IMG/VR virus record: IMGVR_UViG_3300024262_000020
Coordinates: 23,616 to 87,615 of that record
Length of the DNA: 64,000 bases
Strand: one strand, 5' to 3'
Source of the DNA: a virus
Shown here: positions 28,021 to 37,286 of the stretch, one piece after another
How positions within the stretch are numbered: position 1 is the first letter of the stretch
How the letters are laid out: every line of letters begins with the position of its first letter
Made by a program: the position numbers and the translations under genes
The notes under the pieces: generated by a model
Databases searched by the model: none
What the model was told of the DNA's origin: nothing
What the model saw: the letters and a program-made list of their open reading frames with translations, nothing else

Positions 28021-28108
28021 CGGAAAGTGGAGGACTCGATCCCCACCCGATTTAACGAGACCTTGTTTTCAAGACAAGTCGCACCTCCATGGCACTGCTT
28101 CACTTTCC
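28021..28108 (-). tRNA. Atypical tRNA-Ser(UGA)
   Basis: GGAAAGT/ACTTTCC-G; CTTGT-CTTGAAA-ACAAG; T loop ATCGAGT. Confidence 0.75.
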
Positions 28109-28148
28109 AATTATTTCAAGATGTCAAAGAACAAAAGTTCACTAAAGT

Positions 28149-28180
28149 AAAAAAACCTGAACTTTTAAGTTCAGGTTTTT
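28149..28180 (-). terminator. Attenuator terminator upstream of the tRNA cluster
   Basis: AAAAACCTGAACTT-AA-AAGTTCAGG-TTTTTTT. Confidence 0.85.
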
Positions 28181-28204
28181 CCTTTTATCTTATATGAAAA
28201 ATTT

Positions 28205-28303
28205 TTATTTCATATGATTTGAATAAGGCATAATAAACCTGAACTTGGTTTTGTGTGAACTAAACCAGAACGAAAATTTACTATGTTTACTTATTGCCAT
28301 CAT
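28205..28303 (-). CDS. Leader peptide MMAISKHSKFSFWFSSHKTKFRFIMPYSNHMK (tRNA-cluster attenuator)
   Basis: Codons 5-18 all Ser/Lys/His/Phe/Trp; contains a 12-nt antiterminator segment at 28235-28246. Confidence 0.8.
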   Translation of the reverse strand: MMAISKHSKFSFWFSSHKTKFRFIMPYSNHMK

Positions 28304-28364
28304 TTTAGATTTCTCCTATTTTTTTGTTTATATATTTTAATTTTAAAGTCTCTTTTTTCTATTT

Positions 28365-28508
28365 TTACAATTCTCTTACTTCTTCAATTGTTTCTTCGAT
28401 TTCTGTTATTTCATAACCTCTTTCTTCTTCCCAGTTTAAAAAGTTGTAATAATTACCTGTATGGTCTAAATAATCCAACAATTCGTTTAACAATTCTTCT
28501 CTATCCAT
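28365..28508 (-). CDS. Small acidic protein (47 aa, not in track)
   Basis: MDREELLNELLDYLDHTGNYYNFLNWEEERGYEITEIEETIEEVREL after a TATATTTG promoter. Confidence 0.55.
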   Translation of the reverse strand: MDREELLNELLDYLDHTGNYYNFLNWEEERGYEITEIEETIEEVREL

Positions 28509-28580
28509 TTTTATTAATTTATTTTTTAATTAGACTGCAAATATACGACTATTTATGATAAAAAAAAGTTTTTGTTTAAT

Positions 28581-29072
28581 TTATTTGAAAATTTTATACA
28601 TTTTATTTTCAAATCCTATTGTTGCGTTGTATAATTCTTTGTTATTCATATAATCATTTTCATCATATCTACCAATAATTTCTATTGATGAACCTTTACC
28701 TGCGTTTGGACCGTCACAAAATAGTAGAAATTCATATCCCATATATTCAAATTTCCAAATTTTATAAAAAAATTCACCTCTGAAAGTGCCATTTTGTTGT
28801 CCAAATTGTTTTTTTGCTTTATTATAATCAATTCCGTGTATAACATGATTATATTCCATTTGATCTTGGAATTGTTTTTTTGTTCTTGGTCGTCTTTGTG
28901 CATATTTAGAATTCCATACAATATTCCAAATATTCATAGTGTTAATATTTTCCACGTTAATTTTACCAGGTATATGTGTGAGAACACCATCACCATCTGC
29001 TCCACCTTCAGTTGTGGTTTTATTTATTAAATTCTTTCCAATTTGTTTAATGTGATCTCTAAATGATTTCAT
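28581..29072 (-). CDS. Hypothetical protein
   Basis: 163 aa ORF. Confidence 0.65.
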   Translation of the reverse strand: MKSFRDHIKQIGKNLINKTTTEGGADGDGVLTHIPGKINVENINTMNIWNIVWNSKYAQRRPRTKKQFQDQMEYNHVIHGIDYNKAKKQFGQQNGTFRGEFFYKIWKFEYMGYEFLLFCDGPNAGKGSSIEIIGRYDENDYMNNKELYNATIGFENKMYKIFK

Positions 29073-29073
29073 A

Positions 29074-29397
29074 TTATTCTTTAATTTTAAAATTAAATGT
29101 TGTGTAGTTAGAATCTTTTGGTGTTGATATTACTTCATATCCATTATATTCAGCGGCTTTCAAAAATTTTATAATAAATTCTTGTTTTAGTTGTTCGTTT
29201 GGTAATGTAAATGGTGGTGACAATTTGCCTGGTTTTAAACCATAACTATTTATTAATTTAAAAGCCTTTTCAATAACTCCATCGTATTCTTCGGGAGTAT
29301 ATTTTCTTTCCCAACCTCTTAACATATTGACTAACTTTATAAAGTTATAAGAATTTTTAATAAAATTTTCATTGAACATTTTCCAGTTGTGTAACAT
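29074..29397 (-). CDS. Hypothetical protein
   Basis: 107 aa; N-terminal MLHNWKMFNE. Confidence 0.65.
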   Translation of the reverse strand: MLHNWKMFNENFIKNSYNFIKLVNMLRGWERKYTPEEYDGVIEKAFKLINSYGLKPGKLSPPFTLPNEQLKQEFIIKFLKAAEYNGYEVISTPKDSNYTTFNFKIKE

Positions 29398-29413
29398 AAT
29401 TATTATTTTTATT

Positions 29414-29914
29414 TTATATATTATTAATTGTTTCTAATTTCTTTTTTCTTATTAATTTAATATTTGTTTCTTCAGTGATTTTTTCACCATTTTGTTTTTT
29501 AAATTCTACCTTAATTTTATAAGGTTTATTATTTATTAGAAATAATGACACATAGAATCCACCTGTGGAACTTGTGGAAGGATTATATGTGAAAGTGGAT
29601 TTTTCACATATACCACCTATTAAACTAAGTACACAAGATTTTAAATTTTTGATAGTTGGTGTTGTTTTTCTATCTTGCCAAGTCCAATTAACTGATTTCA
29701 TATGATTCTCAACTGTTTCAAAATCAAATCTTTCTATAATATCCTCAAGTAAATCCCTTATATTGACTTTATCTATAAGTTTCCAATATTCTATTTCATA
29801 TAATGGTTCTAAATATGTTTCCCAGTAATTGTGCCAATTTTCATTTCTATCTTTATCAGTATATTTTTCTTGATAATCTTTAAAAGAAATTACATTTTTA
29901 TCGTCAATTTTCAT
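29414..29914 (-). CDS. Hypothetical protein, paralog of 6434..6787, RKKKLETI tag
   Basis: IIERFDFETV...NWTW...STGGF. Confidence 0.7.
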   Translation of the reverse strand: MKIDDKNVISFKDYQEKYTDKDRNENWHNYWETYLEPLYEIEYWKLIDKVNIRDLLEDIIERFDFETVENHMKSVNWTWQDRKTTPTIKNLKSCVLSLIGGICEKSTFTYNPSTSSTGGFYVSLFLINNKPYKIKVEFKKQNGEKITEETNIKLIRKKKLETINNI

Positions 29915-29916
29915 TT

Positions 29917-30120
29917 TTAATTTATTAATAGTTCATTTGAGATTACCCACCCACAATCGTCAACTAAGGTTGTGTCATATATTATACTGTAATCTTTATC
30001 AAGAGTTTCGATTGAATAATTTTTTCTTAATTTCTTAATGAAATTACATTCTTTTTTGGTATTTATACCGAACATGAGTTGTGCTATTTGCCAATCTTTT
30101 ATTTCTTCATTAATTTCCAT
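29917..30120 (-). CDS. Hypothetical protein
   Basis: 67 aa behind a TAATTTTG promoter. Confidence 0.55.
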   Translation of the reverse strand: MEINEEIKDWQIAQLMFGINTKKECNFIKKLRKNYSIETLDKDYSIIYDTTLVDDCGWVISNELLIN

Positions 30121-30154
30121 AATGCAAAATTATGAAAAATATTTAATAAAAAAA

Positions 30155-30350
30155 ATGGTTCCTAACCAGGTATTATTTCAACATAGTCGGTACCCTACTA
30201 CGAGAAACAATACCTATTAGGATCACTTGACATGATTCGGAATCAAACGGAAAGACTGGCAACTCTGTACCTCACCGATAGTTAAGTGTACGTTGACACA
30301 TCATTTTCGGTTTCTTATTGATTCACTTTCCAGTTATCACCTTATACCAT
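30155..30350 (-). ncRNA. Candidate ~195-nt structured ncRNA
   Basis: TAATATATA motif at 5' side; long 3' hairpin TCCTAAT-AGGTATTGTTTC/GAAATAATACCT-GGTTAGGA then U tract; further stems. Confidence 0.5.
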
Positions 30351-30422
30351 TAATATATATTAATGCATGTAAGTCTTAAAAGTTTGCTAAATATTTTAAT
30401 ATATATGTAAAAGTAATTTATA

Positions 30423-31301
30423 GTGATGAAAATTATAAGAGAATTTAAAGATTTTGGTAGAAAAATATATGAAACTAATGAAGAATGTCCTTTTCTTTTT
30501 ACAGAATCGTCAACTGATGAAGATTTCCATCAAGCAATATTAGATGTTGGTTATAATTGGTGGCAAGGTAGTGATGTAAAATCATATAGTGAAATGGTTT
30601 ATAAAATGGAGAAAGAATTTGGATATAAATTTGCGTTATTGATATTGTTAGGTAAATATAATCAACAGGTTGGTAATGGTGGACATATTCAATATTTTGA
30701 TAATGGTTATGCATCTGCGGGTAGTAGTGGATATGGTGGTAATCATAAAGATATTGAATTACATGAACAAATGATTGAATGGTTTAAGAAAGCAGGATTA
30801 GATGAAACTGAATTAGGTAAAAATATATTTGTTGTTATGGAGGATTCTGGTGATGTATTTGGACATTTAAGTGAGGGTGATGAAAGATGTGATGAATGTA
30901 ATGGAGATGGTGAAGTTGAAGAAGATTGTTATGAATGTGATCGTGGTGTGATTATGGATAGTTGTGGTAATTGTAGTGGTGAAGGTGAATATGAAGGTGA
31001 TGATGGTGAAATTGAAGATTGTCCTGAATGTAATGGTGAAGGTGAAATAGAACAAGATTGTCCTGAATGTGGTGGAGATGGTACTGTTTATAATTCTTGT
31101 GAAGAATGTGATGGTAGTGGTTATATAAATCCAGCAGATAGTTATTCAGGTGAGTTAGATAGATTAGATAGTAAATATTATAAGATTGATGGTTGGGAAG
31201 ATCATTTAAATAAGTTTGCAAAGGATATCATTATTGAAAAATATCCTGAAGAATGGGAAAAATTTAAAATAAGAAGAAGTGCAAATAAATATAATTTATG
31301 A
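30423..31301 (+). CDS. Protein with DnaJ-type CxxCxGxG zinc-finger repeats; C-terminal KYNL
   Basis: QVGNGGHIQYFDN (DUF4375-like) plus six CxxC motifs. Confidence 0.7.
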   Translation: MMKIIREFKDFGRKIYETNEECPFLFTESSTDEDFHQAILDVGYNWWQGSDVKSYSEMVYKMEKEFGYKFALLILLGKYNQQVGNGGHIQYFDNGYASAGSSGYGGNHKDIELHEQMIEWFKKAGLDETELGKNIFVVMEDSGDVFGHLSEGDERCDECNGDGEVEEDCYECDRGVIMDSCGNCSGEGEYEGDDGEIEDCPECNGEGEIEQDCPECGGDGTVYNSCEECDGSGYINPADSYSGELDRLDSKYYKIDGWEDHLNKFAKDIIIEKYPEEWEKFKIRRSANKYNL

Positions 31302-31666
31302 AATATTTAAAATTATTTGAAGATAAAAAATATAGTAAAAATCTATATTATGAGAGTGAATTAGATTCCATATTAAAGGATGACTGGAAAGAATTGTCAA
31401 TAACAAGGGACACTATAAATTTTGAAGTTGGTGAAGGTTATGATAAAGGATACAAGTATTCTGTATTTTTTGAAGGTCAATGTTCTGATAATGATATATT
31501 TTTGGAAGAAACTGCAATTCCTAAATTTATCAAAAAATTCAAAGAGGAATTCCAGAAAAATCCAGAAAAATATTCTCATAATTTTAAAGTTGGTAGATTT
31601 AAACGTGATCCTAAATTTATGGGGGATTTATCTCATTTTAGAGAAACTGAAAAATACAATTTATAA
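31298..31666 (+). CDS. Hypothetical protein (MKYLKLFE...KYNL)
   Basis: Both terminal tags. Confidence 0.75.
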   Translation: MKYLKLFEDKKYSKNLYYESELDSILKDDWKELSITRDTINFEVGEGYDKGYKYSVFFEGQCSDNDIFLEETAIPKFIKKFKEEFQKNPEKYSHNFKVGRFKRDPKFMGDLSHFRETEKYNL

Positions 31667-32394
31667 TGGCTGAAAATAAACAAAAATTACCCATAATAAA
31701 AAATAGAGAACAATTAAAGATGGTTATTGATGGCTTGAGTGATCAAGGTTTTGGATATTATGTTGGTGATTGGAAAGCACATGAATATAAGGTGTCTAAC
31801 TTAATTAATAAAAATAATACTCTTGGTATAGAAGAAGATAAATTTAAATCTAAGTTGAATGAATTGGTTTCTAATATGACAGATTATGATGAAATTGATA
31901 AAACTATTAAGAATTTTTTCCAAAAATTTAAGCCAGATGATAAAATAAAAGAATTAATAAATCATTATTATTTAAAACCAGATGCATCATGTAGAAAACC
32001 TTCATCATCACCAAGTAAAAAGGAAATTATAGATTGGGTTAAATTTAAAAGAAAGTATAATATAAAAGGTGAGCCTGATTTTGATTGGTCTGCGGATGTG
32101 TATAATTTGGATAAGAATTTTGTTAAAGTAAATGATTATGATTCTAATTTTGATTTTGAAAAATTGTATAGATTATTATACAATGAAGAACCTAATGATT
32201 TTTCGTTGAAAAATCTTGGAGATTGGCAAGATTTGGGAAAAATCGAAATAAAGGTTTTTCAAAATGGAACAATCAATATTAAAGGTGATATTGATAAATT
32301 AAAATCTTATCTTTATAAGGAGATAAGAAATTTTGATTGTATTGTTTATTATAATAAGAAAAAGGAGATTAGAGAAAGACGAGAAAGAGATTAA
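31666..32394 (+). CDS. Hypothetical protein
   Basis: 242 aa ORF. Confidence 0.7.
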   Translation: MAENKQKLPIIKNREQLKMVIDGLSDQGFGYYVGDWKAHEYKVSNLINKNNTLGIEEDKFKSKLNELVSNMTDYDEIDKTIKNFFQKFKPDDKIKELINHYYLKPDASCRKPSSSPSKKEIIDWVKFKRKYNIKGEPDFDWSADVYNLDKNFVKVNDYDSNFDFEKLYRLLYNEEPNDFSLKNLGDWQDLGKIEIKVFQNGTINIKGDIDKLKSYLYKEIRNFDCIVYYNKKKEIRERRERD

Positions 32395-32633
32395 AGGTTA
32401 TATTTCTTTGATTCATACTCTAAATCAGTAATAAAATATTTAGAATCAAATGGCATTAAGTTATTACTTTCGGTTAGTATGATGTAACAAAGTCCAGATA
32501 ACATTTCATCAGTTTCAAATTCTGAAAAAACTTCATATTTTTTACCTTTGATAATACCATGTTTCACAGAACTTTTACTTCTGCGTTCAACGATAGTTTC
32601 AATTGCCCATACATATTTTATATCTTTTTTCAT
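32391..32633 (-). CDS. Hypothetical protein, C-terminal KYNL
   Basis: 80 aa behind a TATATTTG promoter. Confidence 0.65.
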   Translation of the reverse strand: MKKDIKYVWAIETIVERRSKSSVKHGIIKGKKYEVFSEFETDEMLSGLCYIILTESNNLMPFDSKYFITDLEYESKKYNL

Positions 32634-32732
32634 CTTTTTTTAGATATTTTTGATCCAATATGCAAATATACGTTTTTTTGATTATAAAAAAAAATATATA
32701 GAATATATATTAAAAAAAATTAAAATCTAGAT

Positions 32733-34157
32733 ATGAAAAAATTACAAAAATTTGAAGATTTCAAACTTAATGAAAATGTCTTCCAAGATATATGGAGAAA
32801 GACTGTGGAACTATATCAAAAGAAATTTAAAAACGGTGCTTGGTGGCGTTTATTGAAGTTTTTAATTCAAAAAAATGAATTACCAAAAGGTGTAGAAGTA
32901 CATTTTGCTAATGGTATGAGCAATGAAGGTAAATTGAATGAAGAACTTGTTGAATTAACACATGTTGATCAAAATATTTCAAATGAAGATTCTGATGAGA
33001 TTCGTGAAGCTGTTATTGATGCCTATAATTATAGAATAAGTCAAAATGATCATTCAGCTATCTTTCTTTGGGGAGCACCAGGTATTGGTAAAACAGAGAT
33101 TGTAATTGATACTGCTAAAGAATTGGGTCTTGATATTATTGTTTTTCACTTATCTCAGATTGAACCTACTGAATTTAGAGGCGTTCCAAAAATTGAAAAC
33201 TTAGATAAAGAAGCCACACCAGGCGACACAAGTGGTGAAAGAACTGTAAATAAATTACCTGTTATTTTCCCTACTGATAATGGAGCAAATGGTAAAGGTG
33301 GTATTTTCTTTTTAGATGAGTTAAATAGAGCACCTAAAATGGTATTGTCTGCGGCACTTCCTTTATGTCTTGATGGTAAAATTGGTGATTATGCATTACC
33401 AAGTAAATGGATTATAATTGCTGCTGGTAATAGAAAAGAAGATATTGGTTTTGATGCTGTTGAAATTGAACCAGCATTAGCCAACAGATTCCAACATATT
33501 AATTTTGTACCAACAGTTAAACGTTGGACAGAGTGGGCAGTATCTAAGAAATTTGTTGACCCTGACTTAATTGGATTCTTAAACTTCTACAAAGATTATT
33601 TCCATAGATTAGAATCTGATGATGGTTCATCAGCTTGGGCATCACCAAGAGCGTGGACTAAGGCATCACAATTTATTTATAGTTTAAATAAAGAATTTAA
33701 AGTTGATGAAAAAAAGAAAAGAAAAGTATATACTAGATTTGTAGGTACACAAGCCGCTGTCGCATTTATGGATTATCTTAAGTTGAAAGAGAAATTTAAT
33801 GAAAGAGATGTTAAAGATGTATATGAAAAGGGTGTAAAAGCAAAACATCCACCAAAGAATTTAAATGAAGGTAGAGCCGCTATGTATTCTATTGCTTTTT
33901 ATAAGAAAGGCGAAAGATTAAAACCAGAAGAATTAAAGAATATTATAGCTTACGCATTAAGTCTTCCAAATTTTGAAACTAAAACATCATTACTTTCTTT
34001 TGTTAAATTAGCACATACCAATAAAGGTGTGACTTATTTGAAAGAAGAAGAACCTTACAAAACAATATGGTGGGAAGGTGTTAAAAAATGGTTTGAAGAA
34101 GTAAAAAGTTTAGGTAAAGAAGATGAATATAAAGATGGTATACCTGATAATATGTAA
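32733..34157 (+). CDS. MoxR-like AAA+ ATPase
   Basis: GAPGIGKT, FFLDELNRA, IAAGNR, ALANRF, SPRAW. Confidence 0.88.
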   Translation: MKKLQKFEDFKLNENVFQDIWRKTVELYQKKFKNGAWWRLLKFLIQKNELPKGVEVHFANGMSNEGKLNEELVELTHVDQNISNEDSDEIREAVIDAYNYRISQNDHSAIFLWGAPGIGKTEIVIDTAKELGLDIIVFHLSQIEPTEFRGVPKIENLDKEATPGDTSGERTVNKLPVIFPTDNGANGKGGIFFLDELNRAPKMVLSAALPLCLDGKIGDYALPSKWIIIAAGNRKEDIGFDAVEIEPALANRFQHINFVPTVKRWTEWAVSKKFVDPDLIGFLNFYKDYFHRLESDDGSSAWASPRAWTKASQFIYSLNKEFKVDEKKKRKVYTRFVGTQAAVAFMDYLKLKEKFNERDVKDVYEKGVKAKHPPKNLNEGRAAMYSIAFYKKGERLKPEELKNIIAYALSLPNFETKTSLLSFVKLAHTNKGVTYLKEEEPYKTIWWEGVKKWFEEVKSLGKEDEYKDGIPDNM

Positions 34158-34171
34158 AAAATAATATACTT

Positions 34172-35587
34172 ATGTTAATAAAATTTAAAAGATATCAACA
34201 AATTATAAAGATTAATGAAATGATGCTTAGTGATAAGGCTGATAGAAAAGCCTTAACAATGATGAGAAAATGTTCATCTCAAATTGTTAATCATTTTGGT
34301 TTTTTTGCAGATTTACTTTTTAGTTTGAAAATAATGGAAGTTCCTAATGAATTTTGTGATACTATGTGTACCGATGGTAAGGCTATTGGATATAGTGCAG
34401 ATTTTGTAAATTCGTTGACAGAAGAAGAAGTAGTATTTGTTATTATTCATGAACTTATGCATAATGCTAATTTTCATTTTAATAGACAAGGCGGTAGAGA
34501 TGCTAAAGTTTGGAATTATGCTGCTGATTATGCTATTAATCTTTTAATTGATGATATGGCGAGGGAAATGAAGATATTATCAACACCAAAAAAGATATTA
34601 TTGGATCAAACCTATCGTGATATGGGCGCAGAACAGATATATGAATTAATAAAAAATGATCAAAAAGGTGGCGGTGGTGGCGGTCAAGGACAACCAGGAC
34701 AAGGTAGTGGTAAACCACAACAAGGTCAAGGTGGTGGTCAAGGTGGAGATAATACTATCGGACAAGACATCAAGCCTGTTGGTTCTATTGAAAAAGTTGG
34801 TGAAGAAATTTTTAAAGGACAAGAAGGTGCTGGAAATCCAGATGTTGAAAATGCTAAAAGTGCTAGTGATTTAGAAAATGTATGGAAAAAAATTAGACAA
34901 CAAGCATCAACAAGATCACAAGGTGTTGGTTCTGCTGGAATGGATAGATGGATTAAAAAGGCGAATAAGGCAAAGGTTAATTGGAAAACTGAATTGAAAA
35001 AATTTGTAAATAATGCAATGCAAGAATTAGATTATGGATTCTTTAATAAACGGTTTATTTATAAAGATATGTATTTACCTGGTCCTAAACAAGTCGATAA
35101 ATCTATGTTTAAAGATGTTGTGATTGCTATTGATACTTCAGGTTCTATAACTCAGGATACGTTAGATAAATTTGGTGCGGAATTGTTAAAATTATTTGGA
35201 CAATTTCAAATTGAACGTTGTTATGTAATCTGGTGTGATAGTACAATACCTGGTTGGAGTTCGTCTAGTAATACAAAAAATCCACAAGGTGTACAAGTAT
35301 TTCAACGAGTTGACAAAAGTTTCAAATTGAATAAATTGAAACCTCAAGGTGGTGGCGGTACAAGTTTTGTGCCACCGTTTGATTGGGTTCAACAAAATTT
35401 ATTAAAGAAAGGTCGTCAACCAGCATTTTTTATATATTTTACAGATGCTTATGGCTCTGCACCAAGTTCTGGTCAATTTGGACTCAGACAATATATTAAG
35501 AGAGTAATGTGGATTGTTACGGATAATTTAGATGCTTCAAATTTAAAATTTGGTAAGAAAATTTACATTGATAAATTAGTTGATTAA
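34172..35587 (+). CDS. VWA-like domain / HExxH metallopeptidase (DUF2201 family)
   Basis: TMCTDG, HELMH, WNYAADYAIN, IDTSGS, GGGGTSF, YFTD. Confidence 0.85.
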   Translation: MLIKFKRYQQIIKINEMMLSDKADRKALTMMRKCSSQIVNHFGFFADLLFSLKIMEVPNEFCDTMCTDGKAIGYSADFVNSLTEEEVVFVIIHELMHNANFHFNRQGGRDAKVWNYAADYAINLLIDDMAREMKILSTPKKILLDQTYRDMGAEQIYELIKNDQKGGGGGGQGQPGQGSGKPQQGQGGGQGGDNTIGQDIKPVGSIEKVGEEIFKGQEGAGNPDVENAKSASDLENVWKKIRQQASTRSQGVGSAGMDRWIKKANKAKVNWKTELKKFVNNAMQELDYGFFNKRFIYKDMYLPGPKQVDKSMFKDVVIAIDTSGSITQDTLDKFGAELLKLFGQFQIERCYVIWCDSTIPGWSSSSNTKNPQGVQVFQRVDKSFKLNKLKPQGGGGTSFVPPFDWVQQNLLKKGRQPAFFIYFTDAYGSAPSSGQFGLRQYIKRVMWIVTDNLDASNLKFGKKIYIDKLVD

Positions 35588-35608
35588 TTATTATTTTAGA
35601 ATAAAATT

Positions 35609-35639
35609 AAAACCTCATCAAAAATTGATGAGGTTTTTT
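35609..35639 (+). terminator. Intrinsic terminator
   Basis: AAAACCTCATCA-loop-TGATGAGGTTTTTT. Confidence 0.75.
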
Positions 35640-35652
35640 AATATATATCAAT

Positions 35653-36066
35653 ATGAAAACATTAAAGACGTTTGAATCCTATGTTAATGATAAAAAGATT
35701 ACAACAACTTATCAAACTACTACTCCTGAGAGTTTAGAAGATGGTGATTATGCTGAGAGTGGTTGGCGTGATGAAGAAGGTGAGTCTATGTTACCTGATG
35801 AGTATGATGATGAAGATATAACTGTGATAGATAAGGCTGTTGAATTTTTAAAAAATCATTATGCATATGAACCTTCATCGAGTGATTTCCATACAGATAT
35901 TTGGTATTCTGCTTCACCTGATGAAAATTATGTGACAGGTGAAAATACGTATTATTCTTATCATTTAGAAGGATTTACAGAAGAAGAAGAATATGAGATT
36001 TGGAAAATAATGACAAATTACGAAGAAAAACAACTTAAAAAAACAGTTGATAAATATAATTTATAA
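35653..36066 (+). CDS. Acidic hypothetical protein (MKTLKTFE...KYNL)
   Basis: Both terminal tags. Confidence 0.75.
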   Translation: MKTLKTFESYVNDKKITTTYQTTTPESLEDGDYAESGWRDEEGESMLPDEYDDEDITVIDKAVEFLKNHYAYEPSSSDFHTDIWYSASPDENYVTGENTYYSYHLEGFTEEEEYEIWKIMTNYEEKQLKKTVDKYNL

Positions 36067-36069
36067 TAT

Positions 36070-36735
36070 ATGAAAACATTAAAAACATTTGAAGGATATA
36101 TTGATGATAAGATAGTTGCTTTGAAAAAACTTAAAAAGTTTATAGACTTTATGGAAAAGTATAAATTGAAGTATTTTACTATTGGTAATACAGATCCAGA
36201 TGAAAATTATCAATTTGAATATATTGAAAAAACTGATGATGGTTATGATATAGAATATATAGATTATACACAAGGTGAAGAAAAAGTGGGATTCCGTGGC
36301 AAAAAATATAAATCAAAAGAGATAAAATGTGGGTTATTAGAGTTACCAAATAAAGTTGTTGATGCACTTATGAAGGCTTGTGGTGATGTAAGATTTACAA
36401 TAGAATATCATCTAGAAATGGTCGCAGGTGATATTGATGATTTTATTAACATATTAAAAATACATAAAGAGCCTATTAAATTTACAACTTGGATATTTGG
36501 ACTAATTCTTGAAAATGATGAACAGGAAAAAGGAAATTCATTTAAATTCCAAGATATACTTTTTTCAACTCATCCAGAGGCATATAAAGCTTTTATTGAT
36601 GAGTGTTTTGATATTCGTGGAGATTATGAACCTTTAAAAGTGAACCCTCGAATTTTGAAAAAATATAAGAACTTGTTAGGTGAGTATTATCACAAGAAAG
36701 AGGTTGAATATGAAGCAGGAAAATATAATTTATAA
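36070..36735 (+). CDS. Hypothetical protein (MKTLKTFE...KYNL)
   Basis: Both terminal tags. Confidence 0.75.
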   Translation: MKTLKTFEGYIDDKIVALKKLKKFIDFMEKYKLKYFTIGNTDPDENYQFEYIEKTDDGYDIEYIDYTQGEEKVGFRGKKYKSKEIKCGLLELPNKVVDALMKACGDVRFTIEYHLEMVAGDIDDFINILKIHKEPIKFTTWIFGLILENDEQEKGNSFKFQDILFSTHPEAYKAFIDECFDIRGDYEPLKVNPRILKKYKNLLGEYYHKKEVEYEAGKYNL

Positions 36736-37286
36736 TGAAACATTTAAAACTATTTGAAGAACATAAAGGGCATTGTGATGTTGTTAAAAAATATATGAAA
36801 TATTTTTCATCAAAGAGAATGAACAAATTGGCTTGGTGGATTGATCCTTTTCATTTACCAAGAATAAATGAAATGCTTTGTGAAAGTATATCATATTATG
36901 ATAATGATTATCATGGAGACGGTTATCAATTTAGTCCTTGGTCATCAAGTGATTCTTATATTCGTAATGTGCCGAAAGAAAATGTACCAAAATCTATTCG
37001 AGAAATTATGGATTTGGCTGATTGTAATTATATTACATGGTGTACGACTGATCATAATTATGGGTATTTAATGGGATATAGTAAAAAGGGTATGAGTTAT
37101 AGTAAATCATTAGATCCAGATGATATAGATGACGATGAATTTGCACAAAAAATATTAGAAACATTGATTGATAATAGTTTTATTATAGATGAAGATGAAT
37201 CTAAGAGGCTAGAACACGAAAGAGCACATAAAGAAGAAATGTTACGAAAAGAAGCAGAAAAAGAAGGAGAAAAGTATAATTTATAA
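36735..37286 (+). CDS. Hypothetical protein (MKHLKLFE...KYNL)
   Basis: Both terminal tags. Confidence 0.75.
   Translation: MKHLKLFEEHKGHCDVVKKYMKYFSSKRMNKLAWWIDPFHLPRINEMLCESISYYDNDYHGDGYQFSPWSSSDSYIRNVPKENVPKSIREIMDLADCNYITWCTTDHNYGYLMGYSKKGMSYSKSLDPDDIDDDEFAQKILETLIDNSFIIDEDESKRLEHERAHKEEMLRKEAEKEGEKYNL

Noticed and set aside
28021-28108. Selenocysteine tRNA
   Set aside because: Anticodon is UGA (Ser), not UCA, and the acceptor stem is 7 bp
28283-28558. Plus-strand 91-aa hydrophobic ORF
   Set aside because: Antisense shadow of the 47-aa gene and leader region
31287-31301. KYNL motif as a DNA recombination site (aaatataatttata) of an integron-like cassette array
   Set aside because: Synonymous codon variation and a fixed frame favour a peptide signal; no integrase or attC-like hairpins seen
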